DNA from: Gemmata obscuriglobus
Lineage (GTDB): Bacteria > Planctomycetota > Planctomycetia > Gemmatales > Gemmataceae
Assembly (NCBI RefSeq): GCF_008065095.1
Contig: NZ_CP042911.1
Coordinates: forward strand, 5,550,001 to 5,582,000
DNA: 32,000 nucleotides
Reading direction: 5' to 3'
Shown: positions 1 through 8,544 of the stretch, piece after piece
Position numbering within the stretch: the stretch's first letter is position 1
How the letters are laid out: every line of letters starts with the position of its first letter
Notes under the pieces: generated by a model
What the model was told of the DNA's origin: nothing
Seen by the model: only the letters and a program-made list of their open reading frames with translations
The model's database searches: none
Translations under genes and position numbers: made by a program

Positions 1-837
1 CGGCGCCTGGTGCAGCAGATGAAGGGCCCGGCGGGCGAGGTCGCGCCCCCGGAAACCGTGGACGAATCGACGCCCCCGGTGCCGGCCGGGGAACCCGAAG
101 GGGCCGAGCGGTGGTCCCCGACGCGGTTGGTGCGGACGTGCGTGGCGAGCCTGGAGGGGAGTACCGCGTTCGGCCCGATGATGGCCGCCGAGGCCCAGGA
201 GCGGCGCTTCTATGAGGCCCCGCGTCGGGCGTTCGTAGCCGACGGTCAGGCGTACAACTGGACCATCTGGCGCGGGTACTTTGGTGCGTTCGAGCCGATC
301 GTGGATTTCCTGCACGCGGTGTGTTACGTGTTCTCGTCGGCCGCGGCCGTGAGCCCCGATGAGGCGTCGGGTTGGTCCCAATACGTGGCCTGGATGCGCG
401 CGTGCTGGCAGGGTCGCGTTGGAGAAGTGCTCACCGAACTGGATCAGTGGCAGGCGCGGCTGGGTGAGCCCCCACCGGGTGAGGCGGCGACGGCCGAGGA
501 GCGCCGGGACCCGCGCCGGGTGGTGGCGCACGCGCGGACCTACTTGGGGAACAATCGGGATCGCATGGCGTACCCGCGATACCGGCGCAACGGGCTACCG
601 ACGACGAGTAGCTTGGTCGAGTCACTGGTGGGCGAGATCAACGCCCGGGTGAAGAGCACACAGAAGCATTGGACCCGGCCCGACGGTGCCGAATCGATCC
701 TGCAACTGCGGGCCGCCGTGCTGAGCCAAGACGACCGGCTCCCACGGTTCTTCGCCGAACGGCCGGGCTCCTCGTTCCGCAAACGAGATACACTCTGCCA
801 CAAATCAGAGGGTGCCACAGCACAAACCGTGGCGTGA
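1..837 (+). CDS. Transposase C-terminal portion, ISKra4-like; 5-prime end lies outside the window
   Basis: Frame 1 is open from nt 1, so the listed Met at nt 10 is not the real start. The C-terminal stretch RTYLGNNRDRMAYPRYRRNGLPTTSSLVESLVGEINARVKSTQKHWTRPDGAESILQLRAAVLSQDDRL matches from memory the conserved C-terminal block of ISKra4-type transposases (N..RM.Y...R..GLP..S..VES......R.K.....W...GAE..L.LRA). No alignment was run. Confidence 0.5.
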   Translation, partial: RRLVQQMKGPAGEVAPPETVDESTPPVPAGEPEGAERWSPTRLVRTCVASLEGSTAFGPMMAAEAQERRFYEAPRRAFVADGQAYNWTIWRGYFGAFEPIVDFLHAVCYVFSSAAAVSPDEASGWSQYVAWMRACWQGRVGEVLTELDQWQARLGEPPPGEAATAEERRDPRRVVAHARTYLGNNRDRMAYPRYRRNGLPTTSSLVESLVGEINARVKSTQKHWTRPDGAESILQLRAAVLSQDDRLPRFFAERPGSSFRKRDTLCHKSEGATAQTVA

Positions 838-841
838 CCTC

Positions 842-861
842 GAGGGCAAGCTCTTGCCCTC
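842..861. terminator. Short hairpin between convergent genes (GAGGGCAAG-ct-CTTGCCCTC)
   Basis: Perfect 9-bp stem read directly. It sits between the transposase stop (837) and the stop of the minus-strand gene at 892. There is no clear U-tract. Confidence 0.3.
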
Positions 862-891
862 CCACTGTGACCGATGCCGCTAATCACTCGC

Positions 892-2547
892 TTACTGGTC
901 TTTGAGTTCCATATCGAGACTGCTGGCGATACCGCGAACGATCGGCGCGGTGGGCTTACGCGGCTGCTGATACCCCCACATCGTCTGAAGCAGTTCGTAC
1001 CCCATCAGTGCGCCGACGAGGGTGAACAGGAGCGCCGGGGCCAGGAACAGCACCGGCACGATACCCCACTGCGCCGTCGGCGCCCCAGCCCCGGCGGGCA
1101 CGACCTCGTCTTCTTCGTCCTCGTCGTCTCCGCGGCGGCCCTTCGCCCCCTTCAGCGCTTTCGACGCCGACGCGTCGTCCTCGTCGACGGCGATCTCGTC
1201 GGACAGGTCCACATCGGCGTCGTCCGCGACCGGTCGCTTCTTACCTTTCGCGGCAGGAGCAGGCTTCGCTTTGGGGCGGGGCTTCGCCTCGGCCTCTTCC
1301 TCGTCCAGCAGCACGACCTCGCTGCCCGAATCTTCCTCGGCGGCCACGTCGCTGTCGTCCATCGCCAGCTCGAAATCGGACTTCTCCAGGTCCGTGTCCG
1401 ACTCCAGCGCGACCGCCTCTGACCCGGACTCGTCCGGCATAGCCGGGATCTCGAAGTCGGTCTCGAAAATGTCGCCCTTGTCCTCGCCTTGAGTCGCGCC
1501 GTCCAGAGCGGCCTGTTCGAGGGACCCGCCGGAGTCGTCCAGTGTCAGCTCGAACTCGCTGTCCGAGTCCGAATCGAGAACCAGTTTCCCCGACTGCGGG
1601 GCACCCAGTTTCGTGCTCGACGAGACCGCGGAGGAATCGAGGGACAGTTCAAAGTCCAAATCCGATTCGTCGCTTTCGCTGGCTTTTCGGGCCTTCGACT
1701 TCTCGCCCGGCTTGCCCTTTTCGAGCGAGATGCCGCTGTCGGCCGGGCTGCTCAGGTTGATCCCGCTGGGGCTGCTCCGGGCCGGTCCGCCGGCTTTCGG
1801 CATGCTCCCTAGATCCACCTCGTCGCCGGCTTCGGGGGCGATCGGGAGGTCGAAATCGTCACTGTCGGCGTCCAGGCTCAGCTCGAACTCGCTGCTGTCG
1901 TTGGAGTCGTCGGCCTTGCCACCCTTGCTGGCGTCTAGCCGGCTGGACGATCCGCCGCTCTTCGGTGCGGACAGTTTGGCCGAGCTGCCACCCTTGATGA
2001 CCGCGCTTCCGGGGCCGCTGAAGTCCAGCGCGAGTTCTTCCGTGGGCACGGCGGCCTCGTCGGTCCCCTTCGGCTTCTTGGGCTTGCCGCCGTCGAGCCG
2101 GACATCGCTATCGGACCCCGACGAGCTGTCGGACATCGACCGTGGCGCCTTCCCCGGGGTCAGCTTGCTACTGGATTTCGGCTTCGTGGGTGCGGGCTCG
2201 TCGGTGAGCGAGAACACTTCGTCGTCGCCGGCCCCGAAGTCGAGGGCGATTTCGTCCGCAACGGGCTTCTTGGCCGGCTTCTTCTTGTCTTCGAGCCCGG
2301 TCACCTTGAAGTCTTCGGAGCCCGGCTCCGAGTCGTCGAGCGGGGCCATCGGGAGCGCGTCCTCGCTGGCCATCCCGAGCTGGCGGGACAGCTCTTCGAT
2401 CGCGGTCACCTTGAAGCGGACGGTGGAGCCGTCCCGGATCTGGCTAAGCTTCTTGAAGTCCGGGTCCGTCTGGAGCTTCTTCTTCATCTCCGCCGTCGTC
2501 AGACCGAGCCGACCGGCGGCTTCTTCGAGGGTGTACGTCTGCGCCAT
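892..2547 (-). CDS. Tail-anchored protein: N-terminal excisionase/MerR-like HTH, long acidic Ser/Asp/Glu/Lys-rich linker with repeated (D/E)FEL-x-LD motifs, one C-terminal TM helix
   Basis: 551-aa ORF. The N-terminus MAQTYTLEEAAGRLGLTTAEMKKKL...STVRFKVTAIEEL resembles the HTH_17/excisionase type. Motif copies are SEFELSLD, LDFELSLD, SEFELTLD and SDFELAMD, plus degenerate ALDF/DFDL/DFEI. The hydrophobic segment WGIVPVLFLAPALLFTLVGALMGY is aa 494-517 (nt 997-1068). The Ser-rich ORFs on the + strand are mirror artefacts of this gene. Confidence 0.8.
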   Translation of the reverse strand: MAQTYTLEEAAGRLGLTTAEMKKKLQTDPDFKKLSQIRDGSTVRFKVTAIEELSRQLGMASEDALPMAPLDDSEPGSEDFKVTGLEDKKKPAKKPVADEIALDFGAGDDEVFSLTDEPAPTKPKSSSKLTPGKAPRSMSDSSSGSDSDVRLDGGKPKKPKGTDEAAVPTEELALDFSGPGSAVIKGGSSAKLSAPKSGGSSSRLDASKGGKADDSNDSSEFELSLDADSDDFDLPIAPEAGDEVDLGSMPKAGGPARSSPSGINLSSPADSGISLEKGKPGEKSKARKASESDESDLDFELSLDSSAVSSSTKLGAPQSGKLVLDSDSDSEFELTLDDSGGSLEQAALDGATQGEDKGDIFETDFEIPAMPDESGSEAVALESDTDLEKSDFELAMDDSDVAAEEDSGSEVVLLDEEEAEAKPRPKAKPAPAAKGKKRPVADDADVDLSDEIAVDEDDASASKALKGAKGRRGDDEDEEDEVVPAGAGAPTAQWGIVPVLFLAPALLFTLVGALMGYELLQTMWGYQQPRKPTAPIVRGIASSLDMELKDQ

Positions 2548-2827
2548 AAGTGGGACTCGCGGCGACGGTGAGGGTGCGTGGGTGCGGTGCGCCCGCGCGA
2601 ACCGCGGGCATTAACCATGATTGTAAACCGTGTGTGAGCGGACACAAGTGCTGCTTGCGCTTCATGATGCCGAGCCGCGCGGCGCCACACGCGCAAGCCG
2701 CACAACCGGGCCGCGAGAGTTGGTGCGACCGCGCCAGCCGGACATCGTACTCGGGGATGAGGGGAAACGGGGCTCAAGTTTGGTGCGCGCGGTGCGACGG
2801 GCGGCGGGTGTGAGGTGCGAGCCGGGC

Positions 2828-3655
2828 TCACCCGAAACGGCCGGTGATGTAGTCCTCGGTCTGCTTCTCGCGCGGGCGGCGGAACACGTCGTCCGTCGGT
2901 CCGGCTTCGACCAACCGCCCTTCGAAGAAGAACGCCGTTTGGTCCGACACCCGGGCCGCCTGCTGCATGTTGTGGGTCACGATCACGATCGTGAAGTGGC
3001 GGCGCAGTTCGGCGATCAGGTCCTCGATCGCCTGCGTGCTCTTAGGGTCCAGCGCGCTGGCCGGCTCGTCCATCAGGAGCACCTGCGGGTCGGTCGCCAG
3101 CGCCCGCGCGATGCACAGCCGCTGCTGCTGCCCGCCGGAGAGCTCCAGCGCGCTGGTCCCGAGCCGGTCCTTCACCTCGTTCCACAGCGCCGCCTGCTTC
3201 AGGCACCGCTCCACCAGCGCGTCCAGCCGCGCGCGGTTCCGCTCGCCCGCGAGCCGCGGCCCGAACGCCACGTTCTCGTAAATCGTTTTCGGGAACGGGT
3301 TCGACTTCTGGAACACCATCCCCACGCGGCGCCGCAGGTCCACCACGTCGAGGTCCGGCCCGTACACGTCCGCGCCGTCCAGCAGCACCTCGCCGGTCAG
3401 CCGCGTGCCGTCGACCAGATCGTTCATCCGGTTCAGCAGCCGCAACAGCGTGCTCTTGCCGCAGCCGCTCGGGCCGATGAACGCCGTCACCGAGCGCTCC
3501 GCGACCGACAAGTTGATGTCGAACAGGGCCTGCTTGGCGCCGTACCAGAAGTTGACCCCGCGGACGGTCAGCTTGTTGCGCTCGGCCGTGGTGAAGGCGG
3601 CCCCGACCGTTTCGGCGGCGGCCGGCGCAATCGACGTCAGTGGCATGATGCACAC
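2828..3655 (-). CDS. pstB: Phosphate ABC transporter ATP-binding protein PstB
   Basis: Contains [50 protein letters not shown] (Walker A in PstB-typical context), [14 protein letters not shown] (ABC signature) and [12 protein letters not shown] (Walker B). The GTG at 3655 or the ATG at 3646 are both possible starts. Confidence 0.95.
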   Translation of the reverse strand: MCIMPLTSIAPAAAETVGAAFTTAERNKLTVRGVNFWYGAKQALFDINLSVAERSVTAFIGPSGCGKSTLLRLLNRMNDLVDGTRLTGEVLLDGADVYGPDLDVVDLRRRVGMVFQKSNPFPKTIYENVAFGPRLAGERNRARLDALVERCLKQAALWNEVKDRLGTSALELSGGQQQRLCIARALATDPQVLLMDEPASALDPKSTQAIEDLIAELRRHFTIVIVTHNMQQAARVSDQTAFFFEGRLVEAGPTDDVFRRPREKQTEDYITGRFG

Positions 3656-3691
3656 GGGTGTAGGATGACGAACGAAGGAACACCCGGTGTT

Positions 3692-3709
3692 TTAACCTGT
3701 CACGGTTAA
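3692..3709. promoter_or_regulatory. Candidate operator in the divergent pstB/pstS intergenic region: TTAACC-tgtcac-GGTTAA
   Basis: 6-bp inverted arms around a TGTCAC core, read directly. A second GTGTCAC occurs near 3773-3779 and a GTCG-rich run (gtgtcgatgtcgtgtcgaa) near 3727-3745. TGTCA resembles the E. coli Pho-box half-site, but transfer to this phylum is unverified. Confidence 0.2.
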
Positions 3710-3883
3710 GAAACGGAGTAGATGACGTGTCGATGTCGTGTCGAATTTGCGAAGGCGTGTGAGAGCATAATTGGTGTCACCGTTCCGGCGAAGTTGTCCG
3801 CGTTAACACAACCTTCACACCAGCGACAGCGGCTCTTTGTAGGTAGAGTGTGGGTAACCCGCCAACCGTTCTCCGGGGCATCT

Positions 3884-4945
3884 ATGCGCTCGTTCACGCT
3901 CGTTCCGCTCGCCCTCGTGGCCGCGATCGGTGGGGTCGTGCTGGTTAGCGGCTGTGGCAAATCGGACCCCCGGGTGTCCGCCGGCGGCGCCACGTTCGTC
4001 GACCCGATCATGCAGAAGTGGGCCGCCGAGTACAAGGGGGTCAAGAAGGTCGAGATCGATTACGTCGCCAAGGGGTCCGGGTACGGGATCACCAACGTGA
4101 CCGGGCGGATGCTCGACTTCGGCTGCTCCGACGCCCCGATGAACGCCACCGAAGTGAAGGCGGCAAACGAAGCCGGCGGCGAGGTGGTTCACGTGCCGGT
4201 CACGGTCGGCGCGGTGGCGGTGATCTACCACCTGCCCGAGGTACCCGGTCTGAAGCTCTCGGGCGAGGTGATCGCGGACATCTACCTGGGCAAGATCAAG
4301 CAGTGGGACGCCCCGGTGATCAAGGCCCTCAACCCCGGCGCGAACCTGCCGGGCACGAACGTCGTGTTCGTGTACCGCGCCGAATCGAGCGGGACGACCA
4401 ACATCTTCACCGAGTACCTGAGCAAGCGCAGCGCGGAGTTCGCGAAAGCGCCGGGTACGAGCAAGAGCCCGAAGTGGCCGGCCGTTGGCGTTGGCAAGGA
4501 AGGTAACGACGGGGTGGCCGAGCACGTGAAGAACACCGCCGGCGCCATCGGTTACGTCGAGCTGGCCTACGCGAAGAAGAACAACATCACGTTCGCCGCG
4601 CTCACGAACAAGGCCAACAAGCCGGTCGCGCCCGACGCCGCGTCGGTGACCGCCGCCGTCGAGGCCGCGATGAAGGTGAAGGCGGATCGGGAGCCGTACA
4701 CGCTGCACCCGCTCACCTTCTCGTTCACGGACGCCGAGGGCGACGCGGCGTACCCGATTGTGGGCGCGAGCTACGCGATCCTGTTCAAGAAGCTGCCGAA
4801 GGACAAGGGGCCGGCGGTCGTCGAGTTCCTGAAGTGGGCGGTGGCCGACGGGCAACAGTACGCGAAGGACCTGGACTACGCGCCGCTACCCGCCGAGCTG
4901 ACGAAGAAGGCCCAGGAGTTGCTCGGCACCGTGACCTTTGAGTGA
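3884..4945 (+). CDS. pstS: Phosphate-binding lipoprotein PstS
   Basis: Strong similarity to E. coli PstS blocks: GGATFVDPIMQKWAAEY, DFGCSDAPM, DIYLGKIKQWD, RAESSGTTNIFTEYL. The ATG at 3884 gives the lipoprotein signal MRSFTLVPLALVAAIGGVVLVSGC. The listed ORF start at 3722 is probably an upstream in-frame extension. Confidence 0.9.
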   Translation: MRSFTLVPLALVAAIGGVVLVSGCGKSDPRVSAGGATFVDPIMQKWAAEYKGVKKVEIDYVAKGSGYGITNVTGRMLDFGCSDAPMNATEVKAANEAGGEVVHVPVTVGAVAVIYHLPEVPGLKLSGEVIADIYLGKIKQWDAPVIKALNPGANLPGTNVVFVYRAESSGTTNIFTEYLSKRSAEFAKAPGTSKSPKWPAVGVGKEGNDGVAEHVKNTAGAIGYVELAYAKKNNITFAALTNKANKPVAPDAASVTAAVEAAMKVKADREPYTLHPLTFSFTDAEGDAAYPIVGASYAILFKKLPKDKGPAVVEFLKWAVADGQQYAKDLDYAPLPAELTKKAQELLGTVTFE

Positions 4946-4963
4946 CGCCGGCAGACCCAAGGA

Positions 4964-6874
4964 GTGAAGAGTTTTGACGGGACCGATGCAAAATTCTTCG
5001 GAACACCACACCGCATGAGCACCACCGCTCCCGCCCCGCGCCGTTCGGCCCGCTCGTCGCTGGGGGACCGCACCTTCCTCGGCCTGGGACAGGCCGCAGG
5101 CGTGTTCGTTCTGTCCGTCGCCGCCGCGCTGCTCGCGGTGCTGGCCTATCAGGCATGGCCGGCCCTCTCGAAGCTCGGCGAACTGAAGGTGCTGACCAGC
5201 GCGGACTGGAACCCCGACGGCGGGGCGTACGGCGGGCTGCTCTTCGTTTACGGCACGGTCGCCACGTCGGTGATCGCGATGCTCGTCGCGGTCCCGCTCG
5301 GGGTCGGGGCGGCGGCGTGCCTGTCGGAACTCGCGCCGGCGCGGGTCCGGCAAATATCTTCGTTTCTGCTGGAACTGCTCGCGGCGATCCCGAGCGTCAT
5401 CTTCGGCTTCTGGGCGCTCGAGTTTCTGGCCCGGCGCGGGCTGGCCCCGGCCTTCGACCTACTGGGGCTCCGCCACCAATCCGGCGAGGGAATTCTCGCC
5501 GCCGGGCTCGTGCTGGCAGTCATGATTCTGCCTTACGTCACGGCGCTCAGCTTTGACGTGTGCCAGGCGGTGCCCCGGTCCCAGCGCGAGGGGTCTCTGG
5601 CGCTGGGGGCCACGCGCTGGCACACCATTTGGAAGGTGGTGCTGCCTTACGCGCGGCCAGGAATCATCGCCGCGTGCTTCCTGGCGCTCGGCCGCGCCGT
5701 CGGCGAAACGATGGCGGTGACGATGGTGATCGGCAACGCCCAGCACCTCGATTTCTCGGCCACGGCGACCGGCGACACGATCCCGAGCATTATCGCCAAG
5801 CAGCTCCACGAAACCACCCCCGGCACCCCAAAACGTCCGACGCTCATCCTCTTGGGTCTGCTGCTGCTCGTCATCACCATCGTGATGAACGCCGCCGCCC
5901 GCCTGCTGGTGCGCTGGGCGTCCAAGCCGCACCTCGTGCGCACGCGCGAGGTCGAACTCAGCGACGCCCCGCCCCCCGACCCTGCGGCGGCCGCCGCGCA
6001 GGTGACCCGCGCGAGGACGCGCGCCGCCCTCACGGACCGGGTCATGACCGCGGTGCTGTGGGGCTGTCAGGTGCTGACGGTGGTCCCGCTGTTCCTGATC
6101 CTCGGGTACATCACGTACAAGGGGGCCGACAAGGTCACCGCGGCGTTCTTCACGAACCTGCCCCATGAGCGGCCGCCGGGACTGTATCACGCGCTCGTCG
6201 GAAGTGTGACGCTGGTCGGGCTAGCGTCCGTGTTCGCGGTTCCGATCGGGCTGATGACCGGGGTGCTGCTGAGCGAGTACCGCAAGAGCCCGCTGGTCGC
6301 CCCGGTGCGGTTCGTGGCCGAACTGCTGGGCGGGGTGCCGTCGATCGTGATCGGGGTGTTTGTGTACGCGCTGCTGGTGTCGCCGTTCTGGCTGGCGCCC
6401 GGTCAGAAGCCGTGGGGGTTCTCGGCGTGGGCGGGGGCGTTCGCGCTCGGGGTGATGATGCTGCCCGTGGTGATCCGCTCCGCGGAGGAGGCGATGCGCC
6501 TCGTCCCCAACAGCCTGCGGGAGGCGAGCTTCGCGCTGGGCGCCAGCCGGCGCCAGACCGTACTCAAGGTCGTTATCCCCGCCGCCCTTCCCGCGATCAC
6601 CACGGGCGTACTGCTGGCCGTGGGCCGGATCGCCGGGGAAACCGCTCCCCTGATCCTGACCGCGCGCGGGTCACAGTACCTGGCCAAATCGCTTTCGGAC
6701 GCGACCCCGTCGCTACCGTACTACGTGTACGAGTTCGCAAAGCGTCCCGACGAAGCCAGCAAGAACCTCGCCTGGGCCGGGGCGTTCGTTCTGGTGTTGG
6801 TGGTGCTGATGCTCAACGTCGGCACGCGCCTTGTAGCCGGGAAGCGCGTCGTCGCCGCCGCTCGGGCGGATTGA
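4964..6874 (+). CDS. pstCA: Fused phosphate ABC transporter permease PstC-PstA (single polypeptide)
   Basis: 636 aa with two ABC permease halves, each carrying an EAA-like loop context (SQREGSLALGATRWHTIWKVVLPYARPG and SLREASFALGASRRQTVLKVVIPAALP). They are joined by a Pro/Ala-rich linker (SDAPPPDPAAAAAQ). The real start may be the ATG at 5015 (MSTTAPAP...). Confidence 0.9.
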   Translation: MKSFDGTDAKFFGTPHRMSTTAPAPRRSARSSLGDRTFLGLGQAAGVFVLSVAAALLAVLAYQAWPALSKLGELKVLTSADWNPDGGAYGGLLFVYGTVATSVIAMLVAVPLGVGAAACLSELAPARVRQISSFLLELLAAIPSVIFGFWALEFLARRGLAPAFDLLGLRHQSGEGILAAGLVLAVMILPYVTALSFDVCQAVPRSQREGSLALGATRWHTIWKVVLPYARPGIIAACFLALGRAVGETMAVTMVIGNAQHLDFSATATGDTIPSIIAKQLHETTPGTPKRPTLILLGLLLLVITIVMNAAARLLVRWASKPHLVRTREVELSDAPPPDPAAAAAQVTRARTRAALTDRVMTAVLWGCQVLTVVPLFLILGYITYKGADKVTAAFFTNLPHERPPGLYHALVGSVTLVGLASVFAVPIGLMTGVLLSEYRKSPLVAPVRFVAELLGGVPSIVIGVFVYALLVSPFWLAPGQKPWGFSAWAGAFALGVMMLPVVIRSAEEAMRLVPNSLREASFALGASRRQTVLKVVIPAALPAITTGVLLAVGRIAGETAPLILTARGSQYLAKSLSDATPSLPYYVYEFAKRPDEASKNLAWAGAFVLVLVVLMLNVGTRLVAGKRVVAAARAD

Positions 6875-7165
6875 TCAGTCGTGCCGCGGTGATCGTCACG
6901 TTCTCCGCGACCGCGACCGGATAACAACACCGACCGCAGCCGGTCATCGTGTATCGGTTGCTGATACTCATGAGGTCAAGGGGCGCGGGCAATCGGCACA
7001 CCGTGAATGCCGCTCGCTCGGCCGCCGGCGCTGATAGGTTAAAGTGTGGGCCGGCGGACGTACTTCGCGTGGTCGGTTTTGCGCTATCGGCACACCTCAC
7101 GTCTTCGGCGCTGTTGCGGTGTCTCAAGCCGCGTCCCGTTCGGCCTTCGGCACCAACGCCGGGGT

Positions 7166-7309
7166 CTAAGTCGCTCCTTCTGGGAACCGGTGATACACGG
7201 TGCGGCGTGGGGACGGAATCTCGATGCCGAGTTCGTCGAACCGGTTCTTAATCCGGCGCAACATCTCCCTCTTGACCGGCCACTGCTTGAGCGGGCGAGT
7301 CTTGAGACC
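7166..7309 (-). pseudogene. C-terminal stub of an MscS-family mechanosensitive channel gene
   Basis: The tail ...LKTRPLKQWPVKREMLRRIKNRFDELGIEIPSPRRTVYHR matches the conserved MscS C-terminal motif (ik..fde.GIeIPfPqrtv). No upstream channel body exists; the frame runs into transposase-derived sequence. Confidence 0.5.
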
Positions 7310-8068
7310 GGCCCGCCCCGCACCGCCGCATGGCCCGCAACCCGACGGCCGGGACACCGGGTCGGGGCTTCCGCCCGCGGACCACCGCGGGGATCACGAA
7401 CGGCACGTCCCGGGACGGGAGCAATCGCATCACCGCGATCGTAAAGAAGGCCTCGTCCAAGAGCGCCACACGGATCGTAACTCCTGCGGCGGCGAGTCGA
7501 TCGAGCAACCGGGTCGGGATCTCGGTCATGGGCTCCTTCTCGCCCACCGTGGTCACCCCGACCGTATACCGATCCGGTCCCCCGACGAGACATGCGGTGG
7601 CGTACGTGTGGAAGTTGTGGGGGCCGCCCGCCTCCTTGGACCGGGTCGTGTCCCGGTTGGGTTTCCCGAAGTAACCCGATCCGGTGGTAGTCAATGGCCA
7701 CATGGGCCGTCCGCTTGCGCGCCCCGAGGGGGGGCGTGGAGGGCCGGGAGCAACCACCGCTCGAGGGTCCGCCGCCGGTTGGGCCGGGCCAGGTACAAGC
7801 CGTCCCAAACGGCTTGCCCGGACGGGGCCTGGGCCACGGCGGCGCACGCGGCCGCGACCGACCGGGCGAACGCGGCCGCGAACAGGGTCACCCGCCACAC
7901 CACCTCCGGGGTGCACGTGGGGCGCCGCTTGGGTAACGGAACGGCACGACCGAGCCAGTCCGTGAGCACCGGGCGCGGATGCACCGTGGCGTGACCCGGG
8001 GTTCCTCGGATCGACTGATTCGTGGGCCGCATGGGGGGCTCCGGAAATGGAGGCGTGGTAACCACCAT
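7310..8068 (-). pseudogene. Frameshifted, 3-prime-truncated DDE transposase (IS4/ISH3-like)
   Basis: The coding signal is spread over three minus-strand frames. These are the N-terminal part (7691-8068), then AIDYHRIG, then GYFGKPNRDTTRSKEAGGPHNFHTYATACLVGGPDRYTVGV...LLDRLAAAGVTIRVALLDEAFFTIAVMRLL..DVPFVIPAVVRGRK. The last two resemble the YyGkp / YATa / llDrgFf / fiiPa blocks of ISH3/IS4-group transposases. There are at least two frameshifts and no C-terminal catalytic part. The 3-prime boundary is approximate. Confidence 0.55.
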
Positions 8069-8258
8069 TAACCGGCAAACCCATGCGGCCCGCTATTCCT
8101 AAATCGCCGCCAACTTGAAACTACTGGGATCGCGATCCCATGTGTCGCTCCTACCGGTTGGAATGCCGAAAGGATCAGACCAAAATACCCAATCGCCGTC
8201 CACCTTCATTCTGGACCAAAAATATGACAATTTCCACACACAATTTACAGAATATTAG

Positions 8259-8544
8259 TTACTCCAGAAGATCGCGGCCGAGGGCCTGGCTTGCTCGGTG
8301 ATAGTGGTCCTGGACAACGCCCGATACCAGCGGAACAAGGTGGTCCTGGCTCTGGCCGCAGAATTGCGGCATCCGACTGCTGCTCCTGCCGAGCTACTCG
8401 CCCAACCTGAACCTGATCGAGCGGCTGTGGGGGTTTGCCAAGCGGCGGAGCGTGTACGGCTGGTACCACCCCGACTTCGCGTCGTTCCGGACCGCCATCG
8501 AGGCGACCCTCGCCGGCATCCCGACCACTCACGCCACGCCCTGA
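8259..8544 (+). pseudogene. IS630/Tc1-mariner-type transposase C-terminal remnant with a frameshift
   Basis: IVVLDNARYQRNKVV..LAAEL is in one frame. After a shift near 8368-8375 comes IRLLLLPSYSPNLNLIERLWGFAKRRSVYGWYHPDFASFRTAIEATL, ending at the TGA at 8542-8544. DNA..H and LPpYSPxLNpIExxW are the classic IS630 DDE blocks. No N-terminal part is present. Confidence 0.7.

Noticed and set aside
1022-2614. Ser-rich plus-strand ORFs (156 aa and 333 aa) opposite the acidic protein gene
   Set aside because: They are the complement reading of GAx/TCx-rich low-complexity coding sequence. They have no start context, signal peptide or domain. The minus-strand frame carries the HTH and TM features.
3722-3883. 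54-codon upstream extension of pstS
   Set aside because: The lipoprotein signal and lipobox begin at the ATG at 3884. The extension lies in the divergent control region and has no PstS similarity.
7600-7710. Programmed ribosomal frameshift in the DDE transposase
   Set aside because: There are at least two frame changes close together, with no slippery heptamer seen at either. The gene also lacks its catalytic C-terminal half, so decay is the simpler explanation.
7200-7994. 264-aa plus-strand ORF across the transposase remnant
   Set aside because: It is antisense to the recognisable transposase blocks, and its product is Arg/Gly/Pro-rich without motifs.
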